From: Actinomycetota bacterium
GTDB lineage: Bacteria > Actinomycetota > Acidimicrobiia > IMCC26256 > JACDBD01
NCBI GenBank assembly: GCA_052390575.1
Contig: JBQTGU010000002.1
Location: forward strand, 108-64,107
DNA length: 64,000 bases
Reading direction: 5' to 3'
A program made the translations under genes and the position numbers. This document shows, piece by piece, positions 28,317-36,795 of this stretch. The notes beneath the pieces were generated by a model, which worked only from the letters and a program-made list of their open reading frames with translations, ran no database searches and was not told the DNA's origin. Numbering within the stretch: the stretch's first letter is position 1; every line of letters starts with the position of its first letter.

Positions 28317-29165
28317 ACGCGCATTCGCAACTCGTGGGAGCTGTTCAAGACGTCGTGGGGCGAGCTGCGCTCCGACAAGACGCTCGCCGCGATCCCCGCC
28401 ATCTCCGCGGCCGTGTCGCTGATCGCGTTGGCCGGCTTCGGAGGATTGTTCTACGCCCTCGGGATCGACACGGGATCCGAGAAGGAGGGGACCGAGGCGA
28501 TCGACGCGATCGGCTACGTCATTGCCGCGGTTGCCTACGTGGTGTTCGCGTTCATCACCGTGTACTTCCAGGCGGCGTTGGTCGCGGGGGCGAACGAGCG
28601 GCTCGAGGGCGGCGACGCAACCGTGGGCAGGTCGATCGGCGCCGCCAGCGGGAAGCTCCACCGCATCCTCCCGTGGGCGCTCGTCACCGCGACGGTGTCG
28701 TTCATCATCAGCCAGCTCGAGCGCCAGGGCTTCATCGGCCAGATTGTCGGCAACCTGCTGGGCATGGCGTGGAACGTGCTCACGTTCCTCACGATCCCGA
28801 TCATCATGCTCGAGGACGTGGGGCCGATCGCCGCGCTCAAGCGGTCGGGGACCCTGTTCAAGCAGACCTGGGGCGAGAACCTGGTCGCGCAGGCGGGCTT
28901 CGGGCTGTTCGGCTTCCTCCTGTTCCTGCCCGCGATCGGGGTCGCGGCGCTCGGGATCGCCACCGGCAGCGGAGTGGTGGCGGGTGTCGCCATCGGCATT
29001 GCGGTGGCCTGGATCGCGATCGTGATGGTCGTGCTCTCGGCGCTGAGCGGCATCTACCGCACCGCGCTGTACCGCTACGCGGTCGACAGCAAGGCGCCGC
29101 AGGCGTTCGCCGGCACCGACCTCTCCGGCGCGTTCGCGGCGAAGCGGCGGGGCCGGCTCAACTAG
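28314..29165 (+). CDS. hypothetical multi-pass membrane protein
   Basis: 283 aa (MTRIRNSWELFKTSWGELRSDKTL...) with at least 5 hydrophobic segments. Coding-like composition, no confident family assignment. Confidence 0.65.
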   Translation: MTRIRNSWELFKTSWGELRSDKTLAAIPAISAAVSLIALAGFGGLFYALGIDTGSEKEGTEAIDAIGYVIAAVAYVVFAFITVYFQAALVAGANERLEGGDATVGRSIGAASGKLHRILPWALVTATVSFIISQLERQGFIGQIVGNLLGMAWNVLTFLTIPIIMLEDVGPIAALKRSGTLFKQTWGENLVAQAGFGLFGFLLFLPAIGVAALGIATGSGVVAGVAIGIAVAWIAIVMVVLSALSGIYRTALYRYAVDSKAPQAFAGTDLSGAFAAKRRGRLN

Positions 29166-30058
29166 AAAGCGGGCAGCACGTCGGTCGCGAAGCGATCGAG
29201 GCCGTCGACGTCGAACGGCGCCCGCATCGCCAGGATGAGCCACTCGGCGCCGGCGTCGCCGTAGGCGCCGACGCGGTCGACCACCTCCTGCACGCTCCCG
29301 GTGAGCACGCCGGGACGCACGAAGTTGGCGATGGCGCCGAACTGGGCCTCGAGGTCGCCCTCGCGCCAGGCGAGCCCGACGTTGACGGCTCGCGTGATCT
29401 CGGCCGGGTCGCGGCCCTCGCGCTCGCAGTGGGCGTCGAGCACCGCGACCTTGCGGCCGTAGTCGTCGGGCGGGATGAACGGCACGTTCCACCCGTCGGC
29501 GTGGCGGGCGGCGATGCGCAACGTGACCTTCTCGCCTCCGCCGCCGATCCAGATGGGCAGGCGGTCCTGGACCGGTTTGGGCTCGCAGCGCGCGTCCCGG
29601 AGCCGGAAGTGCTGGCCCTCGAAGGTCGTGACGTCCTCGGTCAGGAGGCCGCGGACGCACTGGATCGCCTCCTCGAGTTGGCGCAGCCGCACGCCGGCGG
29701 CGGGGAACGGGATGCCGTAGGCGTCGTACTCGCCCTGGTGCCATCCCGCGCCGAGCCCGAGGGTGACCCGCCCCCCGGAAAGCTGGTCGATCGTGGCCAT
29801 CGCGTTGGCGAGCACGGCCGGGTGCCGGTAGCCGATCGAGTACACGAGACTGCCGCAGCGCACCCGTTCGGTGGCGAGCGCGAGGGCGGCGTGGGTGGCG
29901 GCGGCCTCGAGGCAGACCGCGCCGCCGGTCGCGTCGGCGGCGTAGAAGTGGTCCCAGATCGAGATCCACTCGAAGCCGTGGTCCTCGATCCGCTGCCACA
30001 GCGCCTGGAGCTCGTCGGTCGTGGTGTTCTGGAGCCCGGCGTGCACCCCGAACTTCAT
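29162..30058 (-). CDS. LLM class F420-dependent oxidoreductase
   Basis: 298 aa starting MKFGVHAGLQNTT...FEWISIWDHF...GRVTLGLGAGWHQGEYDAYGIPFP, typical of luciferase-like F420 enzymes. Stop overlaps the convergent stop (CTAG 29162-29165). Confidence 0.8.
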   Translation of the reverse strand: MKFGVHAGLQNTTTDELQALWQRIEDHGFEWISIWDHFYAADATGGAVCLEAAATHAALALATERVRCGSLVYSIGYRHPAVLANAMATIDQLSGGRVTLGLGAGWHQGEYDAYGIPFPAAGVRLRQLEEAIQCVRGLLTEDVTTFEGQHFRLRDARCEPKPVQDRLPIWIGGGGEKVTLRIAARHADGWNVPFIPPDDYGRKVAVLDAHCEREGRDPAEITRAVNVGLAWREGDLEAQFGAIANFVRPGVLTGSVQEVVDRVGAYGDAGAEWLILAMRAPFDVDGLDRFATDVLPAF

Positions 30059-30068
30059 CGTCGGCCCT

Positions 30069-31007
30069 TCATCGATGGTGGACCGCCGGCGTCACCTCGG
30101 TGGCGAGGACGTGGAGGTGGTCGAGATCCTCGAGGTCGAGCACCTGGAGGTACACGGTCTCGGCGCCGGCGTCCGCGTAGCCGAGCAATGTGTCGACCAC
30201 CTCGGCGGGGAGGCCGGCGGCGCCGTTCTCGCGCAGCTCGTCCGGCGCCCGGCCGATCGCATCGGCCCGGCGCGTGAACTCGGCCTCGTCGCGCCCGCAA
30301 CACACCACGAGCGCGACCGACGCGCGCAGCGACGCCGGGTCGCGCTCCGACTTCTCGCACGCCTTCCGCACTCGCGCCACCGCCTCCCGGTAGAGGTCGA
30401 GCGGAGGGAACGGGAGGTTGAACTCGCTCGCGAACCGGGCCGCGAGCGCGGGAGTCCGGCTGGCGCCGTGCCCGCCGATGACGATGGGTGGGTGCGGCTG
30501 CTGGACGGGCTTCGGCAACGCGGGCGAGTCCTCGAGCTGGTAATGCCGGCCCGCGAACGAGAACCGGTCGCCCACCGGTGTCGTCCACAGCCCGGTGACG
30601 ATCTCGAGCTGCTCCTCCAGCCGGTCGAAGCGCTCGCGCAGTGGGGGGAACGGGATGCCGTACGCGCGGTGCTCGTCGTCGAACCAGCCGGTTCCGAGCC
30701 CGAGCTCGACCCGGCCTGCGCTCATGGCGTCGATCTGGGCCACCGCGATTGCCAGCGGTCCCGGGAGGCGGAAGGTGCTCGACGCGACCAGCGCGCCGAG
30801 CCGGATCGAGCTGGTCTCGCGGGCGAGCCCGGCCAGCGTTGCCAACGTGTCGGTGGGGCCGGGACCGGAGTCGCCGTCGCCCATGCGCAGGTAGTGGTCG
30901 GAGCGGAAGAAGGCGTCGAAGCCGAGCTCCTCGGCGGTGCGCGCCACCGCCAGCTGCTGGTGATACGTCGCGCCCTGCTGCGGTTCGGTGAAGATTCGGA
31001 GCAGCAC
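30069..31007 (-). CDS. LLM class F420-dependent oxidoreductase (paralog)
   Basis: 312 aa from GTG 31007: LLRIFTEPQQGATY...GRVELGLGTGWFDDEHRAYGIPFP. The upstream part of ORF 30069..31514 is antisense to the PAC2 gene. Confidence 0.75.
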   Translation of the reverse strand: MLLRIFTEPQQGATYHQQLAVARTAEELGFDAFFRSDHYLRMGDGDSGPGPTDTLATLAGLARETSSIRLGALVASSTFRLPGPLAIAVAQIDAMSAGRVELGLGTGWFDDEHRAYGIPFPPLRERFDRLEEQLEIVTGLWTTPVGDRFSFAGRHYQLEDSPALPKPVQQPHPPIVIGGHGASRTPALAARFASEFNLPFPPLDLYREAVARVRKACEKSERDPASLRASVALVVCCGRDEAEFTRRADAIGRAPDELRENGAAGLPAEVVDTLLGYADAGAETVYLQVLDLEDLDHLHVLATEVTPAVHHR

Positions 31008-31041
31008 GGCGCGCAGGCTACCCGTCCTACAGTGAACGCTT

Positions 31042-31890
31042 ATGGAGTTCGACGTCGACCGCTGGCCCGAGCTGCGCGACCCCGTTCTGGTGGTGGCGCT
31101 GTCCGGCTGGGTCGACGCCGGGCTCGCGGGCGCGGGCGCCGCCGCGGTCCTGGCAGAACAGCTCGAGTCGGCGCGTCGGTTCGCCAGCGTCGACATCAGC
31201 GATGCGGTCGATCTCCAGCAGACGCGACCCACGGTGAAGCTGGTCGACGGGGCGACCCGGGAGATCTCGTGGCCGTCGGTCGACCTCGTCGCCGGTCGCG
31301 CCGCCCGCGACGTCGTGCTGTGCGTCGGCCCCGAACCGTCTCTACGCTGGCGCGAGTTCACTGAGCGGCTCGTCGATGCCGCTCGTCGCCTCGGCATCGA
31401 GCGGGCGGTCATGGTGGGCGGGATGCCCGCGGTCGTGTCCCATCGTCGCCCCGTCACCGTCCTCGCCACCGCGACCAGCCCGTCGCTCGCCCAGGAGGCG
31501 GGCGCGCTGCGCACCGACTACGCCGGTCCCACCGGCGCCCAAACGGTGCTCCAGGTCGAGTTGGGAAAGGCGGGTGTGCCCGCGCTCGGGCTGTGGGCGC
31601 AGGTGCCGCACTACGTCTCGGGCAACCCGTCGCCGCCGGCGATCCGGGCGGTCCTGTCGCGCCTGCGCGAGGTCGCGGGCGTCGAAACCGAACTCGGCGC
31701 GCTCGACACCCAGACCGACGACTACGTCGATCGGGTGGAGAAGGGTCTGTCCGAGCGACCCGACGTCGCCGAGCTGGTCCAGGCGATCGAGGCCGGCGCC
31801 GACGAGCTCCCCACCGGCGACGAGCTCGCGTCCGAGATCGAGCGCTTTCTCCGCGACGAGGACGAGGAAGACGAGCAAGGCGAGGGATAG
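31042..31890 (+). CDS. PAC2 (proteasome assembly chaperone 2-like) family protein
   Basis: 282 aa starting MEFDVDRWPELRDPVLVVALSGWVDAG with an acidic C-terminus, typical of actinobacterial PAC2 proteins. Confidence 0.75.
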   Translation: MEFDVDRWPELRDPVLVVALSGWVDAGLAGAGAAAVLAEQLESARRFASVDISDAVDLQQTRPTVKLVDGATREISWPSVDLVAGRAARDVVLCVGPEPSLRWREFTERLVDAARRLGIERAVMVGGMPAVVSHRRPVTVLATATSPSLAQEAGALRTDYAGPTGAQTVLQVELGKAGVPALGLWAQVPHYVSGNPSPPAIRAVLSRLREVAGVETELGALDTQTDDYVDRVEKGLSERPDVAELVQAIEAGADELPTGDELASEIERFLRDEDEEDEQGEG

Positions 31891-32010
31891 GCCGCCCGCA
31901 CCGAGGTTTGGGCGTCATGGGGCAGGGGAACCCTGTTCCGGAGCGCCACCTCGGCGCTCACTCAGACGTGCGGCGGCCTTGCAGCGCCCCGTGAGGCAGT
32001 CGCCAGAGCG

Positions 32011-32058
32011 GTGAGCCGGCGGGCCGACCCTGCCCCGGTCCGTCGGCTCGCCCATTTT
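32011..32058 (+). terminator. candidate intrinsic terminator with T-tract
   Basis: GTGAGCCG (32011-32018) pairs with CGGCTCGC (32044-32051, one G-U), with inner GACC/GGTC pairing. It is followed by CCATTTTCG; TTTT at 32055-32058 is a rare T run in this GC-rich window. Confidence 0.35.
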
Positions 32059-32084
32059 CGTTGCGCGCGGGTAGAACTCCCGGC

Positions 32085-32414
32085 ATGAGTTGCGTGCGGA
32101 TCAACGCGATCACCGTGCCCGCGGGACGTGCCGACGAGCTGGTGGCCCGGTTCGCCGCCCGCGCCGGCGAGGTGGCCAAGGCTCCCGGGTTCGAGGCGTT
32201 CGAGTTGCTGCGCCCGTCCGACGACCGCGACGTCTTCCTCGTGTACACCCGGTGGCGGACGCAGGCCGACTTCGAAGCGTGGGTGTCGAGCCCCGCGTTC
32301 CAGCACGGCCACCGGGCTCACAACACCGGCGGTCCCGTCGGCACCGGCAGCGAGTTGTGGTCGTTCGACGTCGTCCAGCACGAGGAAGCGCCCGACGCCC
32401 AGGCGGGCGCGTGA
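32085..32414 (+). CDS. antibiotic biosynthesis monooxygenase (ABM) domain protein
   Basis: 109 aa from ATG 32085: MSCVRINAITVPAGRADELVARF...GFEAFELLRP....VFLVYTRWRTQADFEAW, a ferredoxin-like ABM pattern. Confidence 0.65.
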   Translation: MSCVRINAITVPAGRADELVARFAARAGEVAKAPGFEAFELLRPSDDRDVFLVYTRWRTQADFEAWVSSPAFQHGHRAHNTGGPVGTGSELWSFDVVQHEEAPDAQAGA

Positions 32415-34132
32415 CCACGACGACCGATCCGGTCGTCCAGGAGCTCACCGCACCGGGTGGCCCGTTCGAGATCGTGATGGAGCCGGTGCTGGGCGTCCCG
32501 CTCCATGTCTACCGGGACCGGCTCGGCTCGCTGCGCGACATCATCGCGATGGCCGACGGGCGCGCCGGGGTGGACTTCCTCGTCCAGGGCGACCGGCGGC
32601 TCACCTACGCGGACCACAACGCGCTCGTGCGCCGGGTGGCGGCCGCGTTCGTCCAGCGCGGCATCGGTCACGGCGACCGGGTCGCCGTCCTTTCCGCCAA
32701 CAACGTGGAGTGGGTCGTGCTGTTCTGGGCCGCGGCGGCGATCGGCGCCGTCGTCGTCCCGCTCAACGCGTGGTGGAAGGCCGAGGAGCTCCGGTTCGGG
32801 CTGGAGGACTCGGGGGCGCGGTTGTTGTTCTGCGACCGTCGCCGCTGGGACGTCGCCCGCGAGATCGTCAGCGAGCTCCCGGCGCTCGAGCACGTGCTGG
32901 TCATGGACCTGGACGAGCCCGAGGGCGCGGCGCGCCCGGGCGTCGAGCTACTCGCGGGCGACGATCCCGGGGTCTTGCCGGATGCGCCGGTCGCCGAGGA
33001 CGACATCGTCGCGATCCTCTACACGTCGGGCACGACCGGGCGACCGAAGGGCGCGACCGTCACCCACCGCCAGGCGGTCGCCAACCTCCAGAACATCTTC
33101 TGTCTGGCGATGGTGGCGGCGAAGAAGGGGGCGACACCCCCCGGGGCCGGCGCCGACCAGCAGGCGGCGCTACTCGTCGTGCCGCTCTTCCACGTCACGG
33201 GCTGCCTGGCAACCATGACCCTCTGCTACGCGTCGGGGGCCAAGCTCGTGCTCATGCCCCCGGGGAAGTTCGACCCCGACGAGGCGATGGCCACCATCGA
33301 GCGGGAGCGAGTCACCAACATCGGCGGCGTTCCCACGGTGATGTGGAGGATCGTCGAAGCACCCACGCTCGAGAAGTACGACCTGTCGTCGGTCAAGCGG
33401 ATCGGGTACGGGGGCGCGCCGGCACCGCCCGAGCTCGTGGCCCGCATCGACGAGGTGTTCCCGTCGGCCCGCACGACCCTCTCGACCGCGTACGGGCTGA
33501 CCGAGACCGCGTCGATCGCGACCTCGAATGCCGGTGACGACTACCTCACCCATCCCGGCTCGGTCGGCCGCCCCGCGCCCCAGGTCGAGATCAAAGTCAC
33601 CGACGAGGACGGTAACGAGGTGCCGGTGGGGGAGACGGGTGAGATCTGGTTGCGGGGACCCACCGTCATGCTGCGGGGCTACTGGAACCGACCCGACGCC
33701 ACCGCCGAGGCGGTCAGCGAGGACGGGTGGTTCCGCAGCGGTGACATCGGCCGGTTCGACGCCGACGGCTTCCTCTATCTCGTCGACCGGGCGAAGGACA
33801 TGATCATCCGCGGGGGCGAGAACGTGTACTGCGTCGAGGTCGAGCAGGTGCTGTTCGAGCACCCCGATGTCATCGACGCCGCGGTCGTGGGTGCGCCCCA
33901 TCGCGAGCTCGGCGAGGAGGTGAAGGCGATCGTGCAGCTCCGCGACGGCGCGACCGCGACCGGCGCCGACATCCGCGCGTTCTGCTCCGAGCACCTCGCT
34001 TCGTTCAAGGTGCCCGAGTACATCGAGCTCCGGGACGAGCCGCTGCCCCGCAACCCCGCCGGCAAGGTGCTGAAGAACCTGTTGCGGGGCGACGCCACCG
34101 CCTTCGCGGCCGCGGACGACTCCGCCCTTTGA
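32411..34132 (+). CDS. AMP-dependent acyl-CoA synthetase/ligase
   Basis: 573 aa from GTG 32411 (GTGA overlap). AMP-binding motifs ILYTSGTTGRPKGA, YGLTE and GWFRSGD..R.D.DGFLYLVDRAKD are present. Confidence 0.85.
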   Translation: MTTTTDPVVQELTAPGGPFEIVMEPVLGVPLHVYRDRLGSLRDIIAMADGRAGVDFLVQGDRRLTYADHNALVRRVAAAFVQRGIGHGDRVAVLSANNVEWVVLFWAAAAIGAVVVPLNAWWKAEELRFGLEDSGARLLFCDRRRWDVAREIVSELPALEHVLVMDLDEPEGAARPGVELLAGDDPGVLPDAPVAEDDIVAILYTSGTTGRPKGATVTHRQAVANLQNIFCLAMVAAKKGATPPGAGADQQAALLVVPLFHVTGCLATMTLCYASGAKLVLMPPGKFDPDEAMATIERERVTNIGGVPTVMWRIVEAPTLEKYDLSSVKRIGYGGAPAPPELVARIDEVFPSARTTLSTAYGLTETASIATSNAGDDYLTHPGSVGRPAPQVEIKVTDEDGNEVPVGETGEIWLRGPTVMLRGYWNRPDATAEAVSEDGWFRSGDIGRFDADGFLYLVDRAKDMIIRGGENVYCVEVEQVLFEHPDVIDAAVVGAPHRELGEEVKAIVQLRDGATATGADIRAFCSEHLASFKVPEYIELRDEPLPRNPAGKVLKNLLRGDATAFAAADDSAL

Positions 34133-34497
34133 CTGGGCTGCGAGACTTTCACGAGGTGTTCGGCTACGTGGCGATCGTCGCCAACGGGCTCGCCGGGGTG
34201 GTGGCACTGGTGGCGTGGAGGGCGCAGCGGGTGCGGGGTCGCGGGGTGTGGGTCGTCACGATCGTGGCCGAGGCGATGATGATGGTCGAAGTCGTGATCG
34301 GCGTGATCCTCGTCTCGGGTGATCGGTTCGTCGCGGCGCGCTTCCACATGTTCTACGGCTTCCTGACGTTCCTCACCGTCGGCCTCGCCTACCAGTACCG
34401 CGACGCGATGCGGGACCGCACCGAGCTGCTCTACGGACTCGTCGGCCTGTTCATCATGGGCCTGGGCATCCGCGCCGTGGTCGAAGTGGCGTCGTGA
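34129..34497 (+). CDS. small hypothetical membrane protein
   Basis: 122 aa with about 4 hydrophobic helices. TTG start overlaps the upstream stop (TTGA 34129-34132) and its stop overlaps the ddl start. Confidence 0.55.
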   Translation: MTGLRDFHEVFGYVAIVANGLAGVVALVAWRAQRVRGRGVWVVTIVAEAMMMVEVVIGVILVSGDRFVAARFHMFYGFLTFLTVGLAYQYRDAMRDRTELLYGLVGLFIMGLGIRAVVEVAS

Positions 34498-35636
34498 CCC
34501 GGCCGGAGGGACGGCGCACCCGGGTCCTGCTGATCTTCGGCGGCCGGTCGGCCGAACACGACGTGTCGCGTGCCACCGCGGTGTCGGTTGCGCGGGCCCT
34601 CGACCCCGATCGCTACGAGGTCGTCCCGCTCGCGATCACCACCGACGGGCGGTGGCTGTTCGCCGACGAGGCCCTCAAGGCGATCGAGGCGGGTCCCGCC
34701 GCCCTGCCCAAGGCGTTCGAGGTCGCGGGCGAGCCCGTGTCCGACCTGGGCGACCTCGTCGCCCGCGGTGAGCAGGCGGTCGCCCCCGCCAGCGTCGGCT
34801 CGGGCCTCGACGTCGACGTGGTGCTCCCGTTGCTGCACGGCCCCTACGGCGAGGACGGCACCGTGCAGGGCCTGCTCGAGCTGGCCGGGCTGCCGTACGT
34901 CGGCGCCGGCGTTGTCGGCTCCGCCGTCGGGATGGACAAGGTCATGATGAAGCGCGCGTTCGCGGCGTGCGGGCTCGCGACACCTCGTCACCTCGCGTTC
35001 CGTGATGGCCACGACACCGGCGAGCTCCGGGCCCGGGTCGAGGCCGAGCTCGGCTACCCCTGCTTCGTGAAGCCGGCCAACCTGGGATCGTCGGTGGGCG
35101 TGTCGAAGGCGCACGACCGGGCCGGCCTCGACGCCGCGCTCGCACTCGCGCTCGGCTTCGACGAGTGGGTGGTCGTCGAGGAGGCGATCGCAGGGCGGGA
35201 GATCGAGGTCGCGGTGCTCGGCGACGATCCACCGGAGGCGTCGGTGCCCGGAGAGGTGGTGCCCGGCGCCGAGTTCTACTCGTACGCCGACAAGTACGAG
35301 GACGATGCCGCCCAGCTCCTCGCGCCGGCGCCGCTCTCGCCCGCGCAGACCGACGAGGTCCGGGCGCTGGCGGTGCGGGCGTTCGAGGCGTGCCGCGGCG
35401 AGGCCATGGCCCGGGTCGATTTCTTCCTCGATGAAGGAAAGGGGGAGGGACCGGCGCGGGGGTTCCTCGTGAACGAGGTGAACACGATCCCCGGATTCAC
35501 GCCGATCTCCATGTACCCGCGGCTCTGGGAGCTCTCGGGGCTGCCGTACGCGAAGCTCATCGACCGGCTGGTCGACCTGGCGTTCGAGCGCCATGACCGC
35601 CGCCGGCGCCGCGCCGGGCGGCAGCGGAACGAGTAA
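34494..35636 (+). CDS. ddl: D-alanine--D-alanine ligase
   Basis: 380 aa with VLLIFGGRSAEHDVS N-terminus, ATP-grasp core and C-terminal NEVNTIPGFT motif. GTG start (GTGA overlap). Confidence 0.9.
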   Translation: MTRPEGRRTRVLLIFGGRSAEHDVSRATAVSVARALDPDRYEVVPLAITTDGRWLFADEALKAIEAGPAALPKAFEVAGEPVSDLGDLVARGEQAVAPASVGSGLDVDVVLPLLHGPYGEDGTVQGLLELAGLPYVGAGVVGSAVGMDKVMMKRAFAACGLATPRHLAFRDGHDTGELRARVEAELGYPCFVKPANLGSSVGVSKAHDRAGLDAALALALGFDEWVVVEEAIAGREIEVAVLGDDPPEASVPGEVVPGAEFYSYADKYEDDAAQLLAPAPLSPAQTDEVRALAVRAFEACRGEAMARVDFFLDEGKGEGPARGFLVNEVNTIPGFTPISMYPRLWELSGLPYAKLIDRLVDLAFERHDRRRRRAGRQRNE

Positions 35637-35686
35637 CGCGACGTTCGAGAAGTCTCAGAGGTGCCATCCACCGGCTGGCTGCCAGG

Positions 35687-35772
35687 ATTGCGCGGGAGCG
35701 GCGAGCGGTCCCGAAGGGGCGGCGGGCGGCCAGCCCTATGAAGGATGGCCCGCCCGCCGAGCGAGTGCGACC
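35687..35772 (+). repeat. intergenic hairpin element, copy D (likely bidirectional terminator position)
   Basis: GGCGGGCGGCCA (35721-35732) pairs with TGGCCCGCCCGCC (35746-35758), one bulge, 13-nt loop. 5' flank ATTGCGCGGGAGCGGCGAGCGGTCCCGAAGGGG and 3' flank GAGCGAGTGCGACC match copy E on the opposite strand. Confidence 0.8.
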
Positions 35773-35776
35773 AGCG

Positions 35777-36013
35777 TTATAGGTTCACCACGGGGCAGGT
35801 GAAGGTGCGGGTGATGCCCTCCACGGCCTGGATCTGGGAGACGACCATCTTGCCGAGGTCGTCGAGGCTGGGCGCCTCGGCCTTGACGATCACGTCGTAC
35901 GGCCCGGTGACGTCGTCGGCCGACAGCACCCCCGGGATCTTCCGGGTCTCCTCGGCGACCGACACTGCTTTGCCGACCTCCGTCTGGATGAGCACATACG
36001 CGGTGATGGCCAT
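35777..36013 (-). CDS. stand-alone Lrp/AsnC ligand-binding (RAM) domain protein
   Basis: 78 aa starting MAITAYVLIQTEVGKAVSVAEETRKIPGVLSADDVTGPYDVIVKAEA. ATG 36013 is preceded by GGGAGG. Confidence 0.7.
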   Translation of the reverse strand: MAITAYVLIQTEVGKAVSVAEETRKIPGVLSADDVTGPYDVIVKAEAPSLDDLGKMVVSQIQAVEGITRTFTCPVVNL

Positions 36014-36049
36014 GCGGACCTCCCTCGAAGCCGTGACGCGGGCATCGTA

Positions 36050-36703
36050 GTGGGCATGCCCGAGATCGTCTTTGCCGACCGCAGGGACGCCGGGCGCCGC
36101 CTCGGCGTCGCGCTGCGCGAGCGCGGGTTCGACCGACCGGGCGCGCTGGTCGCCGGGATCCCCCGCGGCGGCGTCGTGGTCGCGGCCGAAGTCGCAGACG
36201 AGCTCGGGCTCCCGCTGCGGGCCGTCGTCGCGCGCAAGCTCGGCGCTCCCAGCCAACCCGAGCTCGCCATCGGTGCCCTCGGGCCCGACGGCACCCCGCT
36301 CTTCGACGAGTCGCTCGTGAGCCGTCTGCGGGTCAGCGAGCAGTGGCTCACCCACGTGGTCGACCAAGAACGGGCCGAGCTCGCGGCGCGGATCGAGCAC
36401 TTCCCCGGCGTCGTCGGACGCGACGACGTCGCCGGCAAACTCGTGATCGTCGTGGACGACGGCGTCGCGACCGGCGCGACCGCAGCGGCAGTCGGCGCGT
36501 GGCTCGGCCATGCCGGTGCGGCCACGCGGGTGCTGGCGCTGCCGGTGGCACCGACGTCGACCCTCCGGCGGCTCGAGCGCGCCTACGACGACATGGTCGT
36601 GTTGGCGCAGCCGTCGCACTTCGTGGCGGTCGGGCAGTGGTACCGCGACTTCACCCAGACGACCGACGACGAGGTGATCGCGCTTCTGTCGCGAGCGAGC
36701 TGA
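36050..36703 (+). CDS. phosphoribosyltransferase family protein
   Basis: 217 aa with FADRRDAGRRLG...IPRGGVVVA and PRPP-binding loop LVIVVDDGVATGAT. The start could be ATG 36056 instead of GTG 36050. Confidence 0.7.
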   Translation: MGMPEIVFADRRDAGRRLGVALRERGFDRPGALVAGIPRGGVVVAAEVADELGLPLRAVVARKLGAPSQPELAIGALGPDGTPLFDESLVSRLRVSEQWLTHVVDQERAELAARIEHFPGVVGRDDVAGKLVIVVDDGVATGATAAAVGAWLGHAGAATRVLALPVAPTSTLRRLERAYDDMVVLAQPSHFVAVGQWYRDFTQTTDDEVIALLSRAS

Positions 36704-36711
36704 CGCCTCCC

Positions 36712-36750
36712 TTCCCGCTCTCGGCGCCTATGGCGCCGGGCCGCTCGGGC
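36712..36750 (-). repeat. intergenic hairpin element, copy C1
   Basis: CGGCGCC (36722-36728) TAT GGCGCCG (36732-36738). Flanks CCCGCTC / GGGCCGCTCG resemble copy E in the same plus-strand orientation. Confidence 0.7.
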
Positions 36751-36753
36751 CCC

Positions 36754-36795
36754 GTCGAGCTGCGGCGCAGGATACCTGCGCCGCGGTCGCTCGAC
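36754..36795 (-). repeat. intergenic hairpin element, copy C2
   Basis: CTGCGGCGCAGG (36760-36771) ATA CCTGCGCCGCGG (36775-36786), the same stem sequence as copies A and B. Outer GTCGAG/CTCGAC pairing. It starts directly after the stop of the minus-strand amidohydrolase gene. Confidence 0.8.
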
